From an uncultured Gammaproteobacteria bacterium (lineage in GTDB: Bacteria > Patescibacteriota > Microgenomatia > Levybacterales > UBA12049): a stretch of DNA of 64,000 nt. How positions within the stretch are numbered: position 1 is the stretch's first letter; each line of letters starts with the position of its first letter. A program made the translations under genes and the position numbers. This document shows, in pieces, positions 28,402-37,239 of this stretch. The stretch is from contig CAYILI010000001.1 of the NCBI GenBank assembly GCA_964364105.1, positions 14,465 to 78,464 on the forward strand, in the 5' to 3' direction. Below the pieces are notes generated by a model. It was not told the DNA's origin, did no database searches, and saw only the letters and a program-made list of their open reading frames with translations.

Positions 28402-29530
28402 GTCCTACCTCCTCTAAAACCGCTAAAGTCTCCCTAGTAGATTTTTCCCAGGAAAACTTTTCTACTTGCTTCTTACCTTTTTCAATAAGCTGCTTCTTAA
28501 GATTATCATCTTCTAATAATTTTTTCATTTTTTCCGATATGTCACTTACGCTATTTGGATCTACATAAAGCGCTGCGTCTCCTCCCGCCTCAGGAAGACT
28601 TGAAACATTACTGGTTATTACTGGCGTTCCATAATTCATGGCTTCAAGAACTGGGATTCCAAATCCTTCATAAAGACTTGGAAGAATAAAAAATTCTGCG
28701 TTTTTATATAAAACTGGAAGCTCTTCGTCCGTTACATTTTCTAAAAACAAAACTTTGTCTTTTACATTATATTTTTCAGGAGCGTTAAGTATTTCCTCAT
28801 ATTTCCATCCCCGTCTTCCAACGATAATCAAACTAACGTCAGTCTCAATTTTTGAATATGCTTCAATAAGACGAGTAATATTTTTTCTTGGTTGAAGAGT
28901 CCCAACAAATAATATGTATTTTCCATTAATTCCAAACTTCTTTCCTAATTTGTCCATACTTAATACACGATACTTACTACTTGATACTTTATTGATTCCC
29001 GGGTAAATTACCTCTACTTTTTCCTCTTTTACTCCGTATTCTTTAATTATATCATTCTTACTTGACTCACTAATTGTTAAGATTTTCATAGATTTTTTTG
29101 CAGAGTAACTAGTCCATTTCTTAAGCTGAATTAAGTCTTTTTTCTTAAAAAGCTCTGGAAAATATAAGTAAGAAACGTCTAAAATTGAAACGACAGATTT
29201 CTTAGGTGCGAAGATTGGTAAATAATGAGTTGGGGTAAAAAAAACATCAAGCGATCTATCTTTTAATAAATTTAAAGATAGAGAAGTAATTGTCCACATT
29301 TTTCTAGAAGGGAGAATTCTGTATTTCCATGTGTCAGTTGCTTTAGGTAAATCATTCGTAGGGCTTTGAGGTAAAAATATTTCGTAGTTATTTTTAACAT
29401 CAATTTTTGCAAGATTTTTTAATAGCTCAAAACAATAGACACTACTCCCAACTCTATTTGGAAGATTTGTAGTTTTGTTATAACCAAATCTCGGAACTAC
29501 CGCTTCGTAACCATTAATTCCAATTTTCAC
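28394..29530 (-). CDS. Glycosyltransferase family 4. Its GTG start is supplied by the end of GIY-YIG element copy 1.
   Basis: EGFGIPVLEAMNYGTPVITSNVSSLPE. The first codon is GTG at 29528-29530, which overlaps the stop of the GIY-YIG ORF. Confidence 0.75.
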   Translation of the reverse strand: MKIGINGYEAVVPRFGYNKTTNLPNRVGSSVYCFELLKNLAKIDVKNNYEIFLPQSPTNDLPKATDTWKYRILPSRKMWTITSLSLNLLKDRSLDVFFTPTHYLPIFAPKKSVVSILDVSYLYFPELFKKKDLIQLKKWTSYSAKKSMKILTISESSKNDIIKEYGVKEEKVEVIYPGINKVSSSKYRVLSMDKLGKKFGINGKYILFVGTLQPRKNITRLIEAYSKIETDVSLIIVGRRGWKYEEILNAPEKYNVKDKVLFLENVTDEELPVLYKNAEFFILPSLYEGFGIPVLEAMNYGTPVITSNVSSLPEAGGDAALYVDPNSVSDISEKMKKLLEDDNLKKQLIEKGKKQVEKFSWEKSTRETLAVLEEVGRG

Positions 29531-29784
29531 CCTGTTAAATAAGATTTAAGTCTATTTCTTAAAAACATCTTTCCATGATATGTTTTAAGATATTTTTCTC
29601 TATGAGTGGCATCTTGCTGATTTAGACAAGCTTCATAGTAAATGAGCTTAAACTTCCCCCTTTCTTTAGTGGATGCAACTTGTTTATTTTCATGCTGCTT
29701 AAATCTTAATTTTAAATCCTTGGTATAACCAGTATAAAACATTTTATCTTTGTCGGATCTAAGAATATAAATGTAGTAAAACAT
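29527..29784 (-). CDS. Stand-alone GIY-YIG nuclease (85 aa), copy 1
   Basis: MFYYIYILRSDKDKMFYTGYTKDLKLRFKQHENKQ contains the GIY-x(10)-YIG core. The C-terminal YLTG is encoded by the TIR. The ORF-track 126-aa version adds an unlikely N-extension. Confidence 0.8.
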   Translation of the reverse strand: MFYYIYILRSDKDKMFYTGYTKDLKLRFKQHENKQVASTKERGKFKLIYYEACLNQQDATHREKYLKTYHGKMFLRNRLKSYLTG

Positions 29785-29811
29785 TCTGGATTTAAAATTA
29801 TTTAACAGGGT
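29529..29811 (-). mobile_element. Miniature TIR element copy 1 (283 bp) encoding a GIY-YIG nuclease
   Basis: Perfect 14-bp terminal inverted repeats: ACCCTGTTAAATAA at 29529-29542 and TTATTTAACAGGGT at 29798-29811. A second copy lies 1.8 kb away. Confidence 0.75.
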
Positions 29812-30346
29812 AAACTGCAGGATAAATAACTTTAACTTTAGATGCTTCAATACCCAAAATTTCTTCAATATCTTTTTTACTCGACTCAGAAATCGTAAAA
29901 ATAACATCTGACTCTTTTTTGAGCCATTTAATTTTCCTTTTTTGTGTATCTATTATTTTCCTGGCAGTTTCTTCTGGATTCTTGTAAACAATAAGGTCAT
30001 ATATAATGGTCGCCTTCTTAGCTTTTTTTGTGGGTGGCTCTGTCCAGTCAGATGTAATAAATAAATCAACCGGACCAATCAGCCATTCGATAGGTAAAAT
30101 GTGCAGCCTGTTCCAGAGTAAATCTAATAATAATGGCGGGAATTTAAATTGTTTAATTTTTACATTTTTAGGAATTGAATGAAAATTGAAAATTGAAAAT
30201 TGAAAATTTCTTCTCATTGATGAGAAGAATAGAATATATTCATTTTTTTTGTCTTCTTTAAGTAAATTTTCAACTAAATTTATCAGGTAGTTTGATACAC
30301 CAGTTTTTGAATAGACAACCTGACTAACATCAATTCCAATTCTCAT
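29798..30346 (-). pseudogene. N-terminal half of a GT4 glycosyltransferase, truncated after ...KVKVIYPAV by a stop inside the TIR of GIY-YIG element copy 1
   Basis: MRIGIDVSQVVYSKTGVSNYLINL is a typical GT4 start. The reading frame ends YPVK-TAA inside the TIR at 29798-29812. The C-terminal catalytic domain is absent. Contains a (GAAAATT)x4 repeat. Confidence 0.6.
30181..30208. repeat. Heptanucleotide microsatellite (GAAAATT)x4 inside the truncated GT4 fragment
   Basis: Read directly: gaaaattgaaaattgaaaattgaaaatt, preceded by a degenerate unit. Confidence 0.9.
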
Positions 30347-31119
30347 AAATTAATTCTAGCAGTATTTAGCTTTCTCGCGTCCACCCGCTCCATAAATTTT
30401 CCTTTTAGAAATTCTGGTAAATCAGAAGGATCACCGCTAAATCCTAACCTCTCTGAAAATTCTCTGCCAATTCTATCCCCAACTTCTCTTTGAATTTCAT
30501 ACAAAGACCTGCCTCCAAACTTTGGTTTATAACTATTACTAAAACCCGCATTTCTTTTAGCCCTTTCTGGATCCTCCTTATTTCCATCCCATCCTCTTTC
30601 TAAATTATCAAAACGCTCGCTAATTCTAACTGGCTTAGTATCCGAAAGCATCGCATCCACAAACCATACGATTTTTTGCTCGTCATCAATTGGCCCTGAA
30701 ACATCATCTGGAACATTTGCACCCGTGAGCTGGATCGTTGCCTCATCTATTCCTAACTCTCTTAAAAGTTGGAAATCTCTATCTCTAATATCATCAAAAG
30801 TTTGCAAACTTAGTGTTCCTGATTCTGCTGCCGCTCTTTGGGCAGTCTGTTCATGCTTTTTATACCAATCATGTAAGATTGCAGCGTGTACGACTCTTTT
30901 CCTTTTTTCTGGCAATAGGTCTAACTGTGCAGCTAAAATATCTGCAAACACACCCGCACCCAAGCAATGCGACGAAACATTTCTCCAGACCTCGGGCCTC
31001 CTACCTAGTGTTTCACCGGTTTTATGAGGCTTAAATGCACTGAGGTGAGAAGCTGCAAATTCAGCCATATATGCTACTTTCGCCCTATCTAAATTTTGCG
31101 GTTCAGTACTATTTTCCAT
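30343..31119 (-). CDS. HD-domain phosphohydrolase-like protein
   Basis: H...HD metal-binding pattern (SSHCLGAGVFADIL ... VHAAILHDWYKKH). The gene is clearly GC-richer (about 42%) than its flanks. Confidence 0.55.
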   Translation of the reverse strand: MENSTEPQNLDRAKVAYMAEFAASHLSAFKPHKTGETLGRRPEVWRNVSSHCLGAGVFADILAAQLDLLPEKRKRVVHAAILHDWYKKHEQTAQRAAAESGTLSLQTFDDIRDRDFQLLRELGIDEATIQLTGANVPDDVSGPIDDEQKIVWFVDAMLSDTKPVRISERFDNLERGWDGNKEDPERAKRNAGFSNSYKPKFGGRSLYEIQREVGDRIGREFSERLGFSGDPSDLPEFLKGKFMERVDARKLNTARINL

Positions 31120-31345
31120 GCTTAAATCTTGAATCTTTGATAATCGATAATAAAACAGCGATTACGAAAAAAACAAAAGAAAACCAAACTAAGCGCTGGG
31201 CTGTAAAAAATATCCATTGGGCAAATAAAGGAATTGAAAGAACCAAACACGAAAGCCCTGCAATCACAAAAAATTTAGGATCTCTTTTTATCAAGAGCAA
31301 AAGAAAAACAATTATAAACAATAAATCCTGTGGTTTAAAATCCAT
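31109..31345 (-). CDS. Small membrane protein (78 aa, 2-3 TM)
   Basis: Hydrophobic ORF. Its ATG is 2 nt downstream of the GIY-YIG copy 2 TIR. Confidence 0.35.
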   Translation of the reverse strand: MDFKPQDLLFIIVFLLLLIKRDPKFFVIAGLSCLVLSIPLFAQWIFFTAQRLVWFSFVFFVIAVLLSIIKDSRFKHGK

Positions 31346-31603
31346 TTACCCTGTTAAATAAGATTTAAGCCTATTTCTTAAAAACATCTTTCCTAAGTAT
31401 GTTTTAAGATACTTTTCTCTATGAGTTGCATCTTGTTGGTTTAAACAAGCTTCATAGTATATAAGCTTAAATGGCCCCCTTTCTTTAGTTGATTGAACCT
31501 GCTTATTCTCATGCTGCTTAAATCTTAATTTTAAATCTTTTGTGTAGCCAGTATAAAACATTTTGTCCTTATCTGATCTTAGTACATATACGTAGTAAAA
31601 CAT
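31346..31603 (-). CDS. Stand-alone GIY-YIG nuclease (85 aa), copy 2
   Basis: MFYYVYVLRSDKDKMFYTGYTKDLKLRFKQHENKQVQSTKERGPFKLIYYEA.... Differs from copy 1 at 5 of 85 residues. Confidence 0.8.
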   Translation of the reverse strand: MFYYVYVLRSDKDKMFYTGYTKDLKLRFKQHENKQVQSTKERGPFKLIYYEACLNQQDATHREKYLKTYLGKMFLRNRLKSYLTG

Positions 31604-31629
31604 ACTAATTTAAAATTATTTAACAGGGT
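31348..31629 (-). mobile_element. Miniature TIR element copy 2 (282 bp) encoding a GIY-YIG nuclease
   Basis: The same 14-bp TIRs, at 31348-31361 and 31616-31629. About 85% nt identity to copy 1. Confidence 0.75.
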
Positions 31630-31633
31630 GAAT

Positions 31634-32560
31634 CTAGCTGGAATATTTTAATAGAATTTTAGATTCGTTTTCGCTTTTACTTGAGATATTGAGAACTAAA
31701 TCCGCGATAAGACCAGTAAGTCCGACTTGGAGCCCAGCTATGATAAGAAGCATTCCTAAAACCAGCAAAGGCCTTGTCCCAATCGCCTCACCCAAAAAAT
31801 GCAGGATTGATAGATATAAGGAAATCAAAATCCCCAAACCAAATAAGATAGCTCCTATAAATCCGAAAAAATGAAGTGGTCGCTTACCGTATTTGCTTAA
31901 AAAAATCATGGTCATCATATCAGGCATCTGCGTTAATACTTTAAGAGCTCCATATTTACTCTTACCCCAGCGTCTTTCATCATGAACGACTGCAACTTCT
32001 GTTACCCTAAATCCTTCCTGTGCTACTAAAAGCGGTATGAATCTATGCATTCCACCATATAAATTTACCGACTTTGCTGCATCACTGGTGTAAAGTTTTA
32101 GTCCGCAATTATAATCATGAAGTCTTACTCCCCAAAACATTGAAGCGACTAAGTTAAATGCTTTTGAAAATATAATCTTGGCAAAAGAATCTTTTCTTTC
32201 TTTTCTCCATCCGGAAACCATGTCATATCCTTCTTTATGTTTCTCGATCAATTTGTGGACTTCTGAAGGCTTGTCCTGAAGATCAGCATCCATTGTAACT
32301 ATCAAATCCCCCTTGGCTTTTTGGAAACCAAAAGTTAAAGCTTCTGCTTTACCATGATTTCTTCGGAAAGAGTAAACCCTAATATTTGAATCTTTCTTCT
32401 CAAGATCCCTGATCAAACTCAATGTATTATCAAATGACCCATCATCAATAAAAATTATTTCGTATTCCTTTGATAGAATTTTTGCGTGCTTTAGGAGCTC
32501 TTCATAGAAATGAAGAATACTCTCCTCCTCATTAAAAACTGGCACTACATAACTAATCAT
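31634..32560 (-). CDS. GT2 polyprenyl-phosphate glycosyltransferase (DPM1/GtrB/ArnC-like, with C-terminal TM helices)
   Basis: ISYVVPVFNEEESILHFYEELL...EIIFIDDGSFDNT and a two-helix C-terminal anchor. Confidence 0.8.
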   Translation of the reverse strand: MISYVVPVFNEEESILHFYEELLKHAKILSKEYEIIFIDDGSFDNTLSLIRDLEKKDSNIRVYSFRRNHGKAEALTFGFQKAKGDLIVTMDADLQDKPSEVHKLIEKHKEGYDMVSGWRKERKDSFAKIIFSKAFNLVASMFWGVRLHDYNCGLKLYTSDAAKSVNLYGGMHRFIPLLVAQEGFRVTEVAVVHDERRWGKSKYGALKVLTQMPDMMTMIFLSKYGKRPLHFFGFIGAILFGLGILISLYLSILHFLGEAIGTRPLLVLGMLLIIAGLQVGLTGLIADLVLNISSKSENESKILLKYSS

Positions 32561-32587
32561 GAATTGCGGAATCTAAACCTAATTTTA

Positions 32588-34630
32588 TCATTTCCTCACT
32601 CTTTTTGCTAAATTCACAATTAGAAAAAGAATAATTACTACAAAAGCTGACAGACTCACTATAATCCCTTTATTCACCCAGTCTTGAGGCTTGTAGTAGA
32701 CTTTTAGGTCATAGATACCATCTCTGGGCAGGATAAAGCTATTGATTTTATTTTTATATATAGCACTACCAATCACCACGTCCCCATCTACTGCAACCCA
32801 GCCAGGGTCATAATTTTCAGAAAAAATAACTGAATCTCCTCTCTTGCCTCCTTCAATATTAATTCTGTATTCAACAGGACTAATGTATTGATAATTTATT
32901 TTTGCATCGATATTTTCAGAACCAGTACCAGAATTAAAAATATAAAAACGACTTTTTGGTTGCTTAACCTCAAATAAAACTATTTTCCCGAATTTACTTT
33001 TTTCTTCTAAAAAACTCGATTTTCTAAGACTATTAATTGTATTTTCGTATAAAGCTATATCGGGATTACCATCATTTACAAAAATTTGGTTATTGATATC
33101 ATCTGCAACTACTATATATTTAACTGAAGAAAGATCCACTAATTCCCTATCTAAACTAACTTGGTTAACTAATTTTTTGTTGTCGTAAATTTCATACAAT
33201 GCACGAGCAGGAATAATTGGATTTGTAGGGGAATAGTAGGAATAAGGAGTAAAATTCGGAACCCAAAGAGTTCGATAATAATCTTTATCTTTAATTAGAT
33301 AGTTTGTCAACTCAACATAGTTTTTAGGAACACTCCTTGATGCAAATGTCCCTGTTAATCCTCCTGTAAACGCTTGATGAATCAATAAGCTCCAAATTAT
33401 AATAAAAATTAACATTATGATTTCTTGATTTAAAGGTTTTGACTTAATCTTTATTAGCTTTGCGAGCAGGAAAATACTATATGGTATAAGAACTGAATAA
33501 GCGATAGATATTAAGCCATACCATTTTGTAGGATCTCGAAACATCAGGAATCCAGGAATATTATTAAACATCCACAGGTATATGTTTCCGAACGGAGTCG
33601 TTGAACCCTTTGCCAAAAAAATACCCAAAATCCCAATAATTGAAAATGTTACAACGATTCTCTTTTCAAATAAATTTCTGGTGTTAAGTAAAAATAAGCC
33701 CAAAAATCCAATCAGGGGAATTATCAAAAATTCTGGACGCATAAAGTGTGTTTTGCCAAAAATATTTTCAGGCCAATTAGGATGAAGTAACGATATAGTA
33801 TTCTCCAGTCGCGCAAAGCTTAAATAATCAACCATACCTTGATTTGTATAAGATTCCCCTAAATTACTTAAAGGATTCTGTCCTATAAAAACGAATGGGA
33901 CAATCCAAAAGAAATTTAAAAACACAATTACAGTTCCAGGAATAATCAAAAAGGAAACTAGAGTTTCTCTTAAGCTTTTAAAAAAATTATTGCTCAAGAG
34001 AAAAGTAACGTAATAAATCCCTACTATAAATAATGATATATAGCCAATTCTGGGATCAATCATCAACTGGACAGAATATATAATCCCAGCGATAATTGAA
34101 ATATTTATAATCTGTTTTGAAGCTAAGTTTTTTAAAATGTTCGCAAAACTAAATAAAACTAGGGGGATTAGTGAGTATGCTACCCCAACACCTATTTGAC
34201 CACCTCCAATCGTCATCAAAATATATGTATTTGTTGTAAATATCAGAACAGATAGTACAGCAAGAACATTGTTATTTATAATTATTTTTTTAAAAAAAGC
34301 GAATGATCCAATAAGCGAGAGCAATAAAAATGGAAAATACCAAACTATTTTTTCTGAAATATTCCATTCGAATCCTGCCAGTCTTAAAAGAATTGCCGGA
34401 GCAAACTGTGCATAGGTGCTTAAGGGAAGTAAAAATGTTATATTGTTACCCATTCCATTAGAAAAGTTAGCATCCCATGCATAAAAATAAAGCGGAGAAG
34501 CAAGGATAGCTTGGGGAAATTTAAAAGTCCAATCGCCTGTAGACAAAGACTCTAATGAAAACCAATCTTTAAATATAAAAATAAAAACAATAATGACTGT
34601 GAAGAAGATTAATCTATTAATATTTAGCAT
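32588..34630 (-). CDS. Polytopic GT-C-like membrane protein (680 aa)
   Basis: About 13 TM helices plus a large C-terminal extracytoplasmic domain. Family not assignable from sequence alone. Confidence 0.4.
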   Translation of the reverse strand: MLNINRLIFFTVIIVFIFIFKDWFSLESLSTGDWTFKFPQAILASPLYFYAWDANFSNGMGNNITFLLPLSTYAQFAPAILLRLAGFEWNISEKIVWYFPFLLLSLIGSFAFFKKIIINNNVLAVLSVLIFTTNTYILMTIGGGQIGVGVAYSLIPLVLFSFANILKNLASKQIINISIIAGIIYSVQLMIDPRIGYISLFIVGIYYVTFLLSNNFFKSLRETLVSFLIIPGTVIVFLNFFWIVPFVFIGQNPLSNLGESYTNQGMVDYLSFARLENTISLLHPNWPENIFGKTHFMRPEFLIIPLIGFLGLFLLNTRNLFEKRIVVTFSIIGILGIFLAKGSTTPFGNIYLWMFNNIPGFLMFRDPTKWYGLISIAYSVLIPYSIFLLAKLIKIKSKPLNQEIIMLIFIIIWSLLIHQAFTGGLTGTFASRSVPKNYVELTNYLIKDKDYYRTLWVPNFTPYSYYSPTNPIIPARALYEIYDNKKLVNQVSLDRELVDLSSVKYIVVADDINNQIFVNDGNPDIALYENTINSLRKSSFLEEKSKFGKIVLFEVKQPKSRFYIFNSGTGSENIDAKINYQYISPVEYRINIEGGKRGDSVIFSENYDPGWVAVDGDVVIGSAIYKNKINSFILPRDGIYDLKVYYKPQDWVNKGIIVSLSAFVVIILFLIVNLAKRVRK

Positions 34631-34668
34631 AAACTTCTAATGTTATAATGTAAGAAATTTAAATCCTG

Positions 34669-36519
34669 ATGAACAAAAAAACGTTATTATTATTCTTAAT
34701 ATTTGCATTTATCTTCTCCGTTCAATTTATCTTTAATCCTAATTTTTTTGTTAACAATGATCTTAACGGAAATATTGTACCACTTCTACACTTTAAACAA
34801 TCAATATTAACCTACCATCAATTTCCTTTATGGAACACTTATATTAATCAGGGGATTCCAAGTGTCGCTGATCCACTTTATGGAATTTATAATCCCCTTG
34901 TTAGCATTCCAATACTATTATTGCCTTATGAAATTGCAATTAAAATAATGTACCTGCTCGCAATATTTTTATCCTGCATTTCAATGTACATGCTTTTAAA
35001 GCTTTACAAAGTATCAAGCTTAGTTTCTTCTATCATAGCAATTACATACGCAAGCGGAACCTACATATCCTCAAGGATTAACGCTGGACATTTAGAAAAA
35101 ATAATTTCTTTCCCACTTCTTCCACTATTACTATTTAGCTTGATAAAATTAACTCAAGAAAAAAATATTTTGTGGTCAGGAATAACTGCAATTATCCTCT
35201 CTTTAATTCTCTTTAGTGGCGATATTTATAATGCACAATATTATCTTTATTCTATAGCTAGTATATTTTTATTATTCTTATTTAAAGATAGGAAAACATC
35301 TTTATACTTGATGCTCTCAGTTATTTTGTTTTTCCTATTTTCCTCGATAAAAATTCTTCCAATGCTGCAGTTACCAGATTATATTTCAAAAATAAAAGAA
35401 CCCTTTGTTGGAGGATTAAACTTAATAAGTCTAACATATAATTTATTCCTTCCAGTAGATCCTATATTTTTAAATTTATTTTCAACAAGCGACTATTCTA
35501 CTGGTTTTGGGTGGTGGGAAAGTCTTTCGTTTATTGGTCCTTTCTCTGCGCTTGGATTACTATACATTTTAAAATCATCTTTCTCTAAAATTGATACTGA
35601 AAAGTTAATTATAATCATATTATCAATTTTATTCCTACTTCTCTCTGCTCCTGATTCCTTACTCAATCCATATCACTATCTTATTAGTAATGTAGAAACA
35701 TTAAAGTTTTTTCATGTCCCAAGTAGAATCTTAGCTTTATGGGGAATGATTATTCTATTGTTTTTCGGTATTTTCCTTGATAAATTTAAAGATAAAAAGC
35801 TTGCAATTGCTATTTTATTAATAAACTTTTTGATAGTTTTTATTTACTCGCAAAATATTTTAAGAGAAAAACAATTTGTTAAAATTGACCAGGACTACAT
35901 TGCTCCATTGAATTGGATAGCAAGCAATAATAATGATAATTATCTTACTGTTCATGAATATGATCAAGGTAAAATCCCCCAAGATAAATTGTATTTAGCT
36001 AACATTCGTCCACTACTTTCAAATTATGGTTTTATTCTAAAAAATAGTCTGAGTGAAAAGTATAATTTCAAAGGAAATAATAAATATAACGATGTAAAGC
36101 CTGGTTTTGTGATTACGGATAAGATAAAAAATGATGCTAGTCTTAAAGAAATAAAGAAATTTAATAATAAAATTTATATATATAAAGACCTGAAAGCATT
36201 ACCATATGCTAGTATAGACGGAAAGCCACAGCAAGTATTTTTTTATCCAAATAAAATTTCCGTTATAGGGGACTCTGAAGAAAATAGTCGTCTTAAATTA
36301 TTGGAAAGTACATATCCCGGCTGGACAGTATTTATAGATGATAAAGAATCAAGAATTATTAGCGGGAGATTTTTGGAAGCTGAAACCCTCAAGGGAATTC
36401 ATAAATATGAATTTATTTATTTTTCAAAACTTTTTAATCTTGGTTTATTTGTCTCTAGTATTTCTATTCTTGTATGGGTATTCTATTTGATAAGAAAAAT
36501 AAAAATTAAACCACATTAA
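34669..36519 (+). CDS. Polytopic YfhO-like GT-C membrane protein (616 aa)
   Basis: Early YHQFPLWNTYINQGIPSVADP motif resembling the YfhO-family N-terminus, with multi-TM and a C-terminal soluble domain. One of only two plus-strand genes in the window. Confidence 0.4.
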   Translation: MNKKTLLLFLIFAFIFSVQFIFNPNFFVNNDLNGNIVPLLHFKQSILTYHQFPLWNTYINQGIPSVADPLYGIYNPLVSIPILLLPYEIAIKIMYLLAIFLSCISMYMLLKLYKVSSLVSSIIAITYASGTYISSRINAGHLEKIISFPLLPLLLFSLIKLTQEKNILWSGITAIILSLILFSGDIYNAQYYLYSIASIFLLFLFKDRKTSLYLMLSVILFFLFSSIKILPMLQLPDYISKIKEPFVGGLNLISLTYNLFLPVDPIFLNLFSTSDYSTGFGWWESLSFIGPFSALGLLYILKSSFSKIDTEKLIIIILSILFLLLSAPDSLLNPYHYLISNVETLKFFHVPSRILALWGMIILLFFGIFLDKFKDKKLAIAILLINFLIVFIYSQNILREKQFVKIDQDYIAPLNWIASNNNDNYLTVHEYDQGKIPQDKLYLANIRPLLSNYGFILKNSLSEKYNFKGNNKYNDVKPGFVITDKIKNDASLKEIKKFNNKIYIYKDLKALPYASIDGKPQQVFFYPNKISVIGDSEENSRLKLLESTYPGWTVFIDDKESRIISGRFLEAETLKGIHKYEFIYFSKLFNLGLFVSSISILVWVFYLIRKIKIKPH

Positions 36520-36525
36520 TAGGAT

Positions 36526-37239
36526 TTACTTTTTATTCTTTATAATAGCCGCATTGTAAGAAAAGAAGGAGCGAAGAAAAGTCATGCCACTTATTAATCT
36601 TTCGATTTTTATAACAAATTTATAAATTATCATTGGAAATCGAAATGGAGGATAGGCTTCGAAACTCATGTATTTACTATTGGGGAAATATTTGGAAATT
36701 AAATTTTTAAATTCTTTTTGAGTTAAATGATCATGTCCTCTTACTGTAGTCACGTAGAAATAAAATATAGGGTTATATCTATTACCCTCAAGTATTATAA
36801 TATCTCCTCCTGTTTTTGTTACTCTTAGAACCTCTTTTAGCATTCTATCCATATCCTTAAGATGATGCAAAACATCTTTTATGAAAACTCCATCAAACGT
36901 GCTATCTTTAAAGGGAAGTCTTCCGGTGCTTGTTTTTTTAAAAGAAACATTTTTAGTCTTTAAGGAATCCCATTCCTTATATTTAACAATATCAGTCCCA
37001 ATTACTGATTTTGCAAACTCACCGATGACCACAGAACCAGTTCCAAAACCACATCCTAAATCCAAAATCTTCTTATTAGAGAATAACTTTTTAACACCTA
37101 TGCGGTCGTTATAATCTTTGATAAATAGTTTACTTTCTTTTTCGAAGATATATTCATATTTATACTCCTTGCTTAATTTTCTTTTTCTCATCCTATTTTT
37201 TTTATTGATTTTACTTGCTCGTAAAGTAATTGTAAACAT
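36526..37239 (-). CDS. Class I SAM-dependent methyltransferase
   Basis: Motif I ILDLGCGFGTGSVVIG, then DIV and FDGVF motifs. Confidence 0.7.
   Translation of the reverse strand: MFTITLRASKINKKNRMRKRKLSKEYKYEYIFEKESKLFIKDYNDRIGVKKLFSNKKILDLGCGFGTGSVVIGEFAKSVIGTDIVKYKEWDSLKTKNVSFKKTSTGRLPFKDSTFDGVFIKDVLHHLKDMDRMLKEVLRVTKTGGDIIILEGNRYNPIFYFYVTTVRGHDHLTQKEFKNLISKYFPNSKYMSFEAYPPFRFPMIIYKFVIKIERLISGMTFLRSFFSYNAAIIKNKK

Noticed and set aside
30343-31119. Whether the HD-domain gene is a recent horizontal acquisition.
   Set aside because: The GC elevation (about 42% versus 30%) is real but moderate. Conserved enzymes often deviate, so it is recorded only as supporting context for the element-bracketed cassette and not as a stand-alone HGT call.
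34631-34668. Divergent promoter with an extended -10 (TGTTATAAT) for the plus-strand YfhO-like gene.
   Set aside because: The -10-like hexamer is only about 18 nt from the ATG and the matching -35 would fall inside the neighbouring coding region. It is plausible but too weak to list as a feature.
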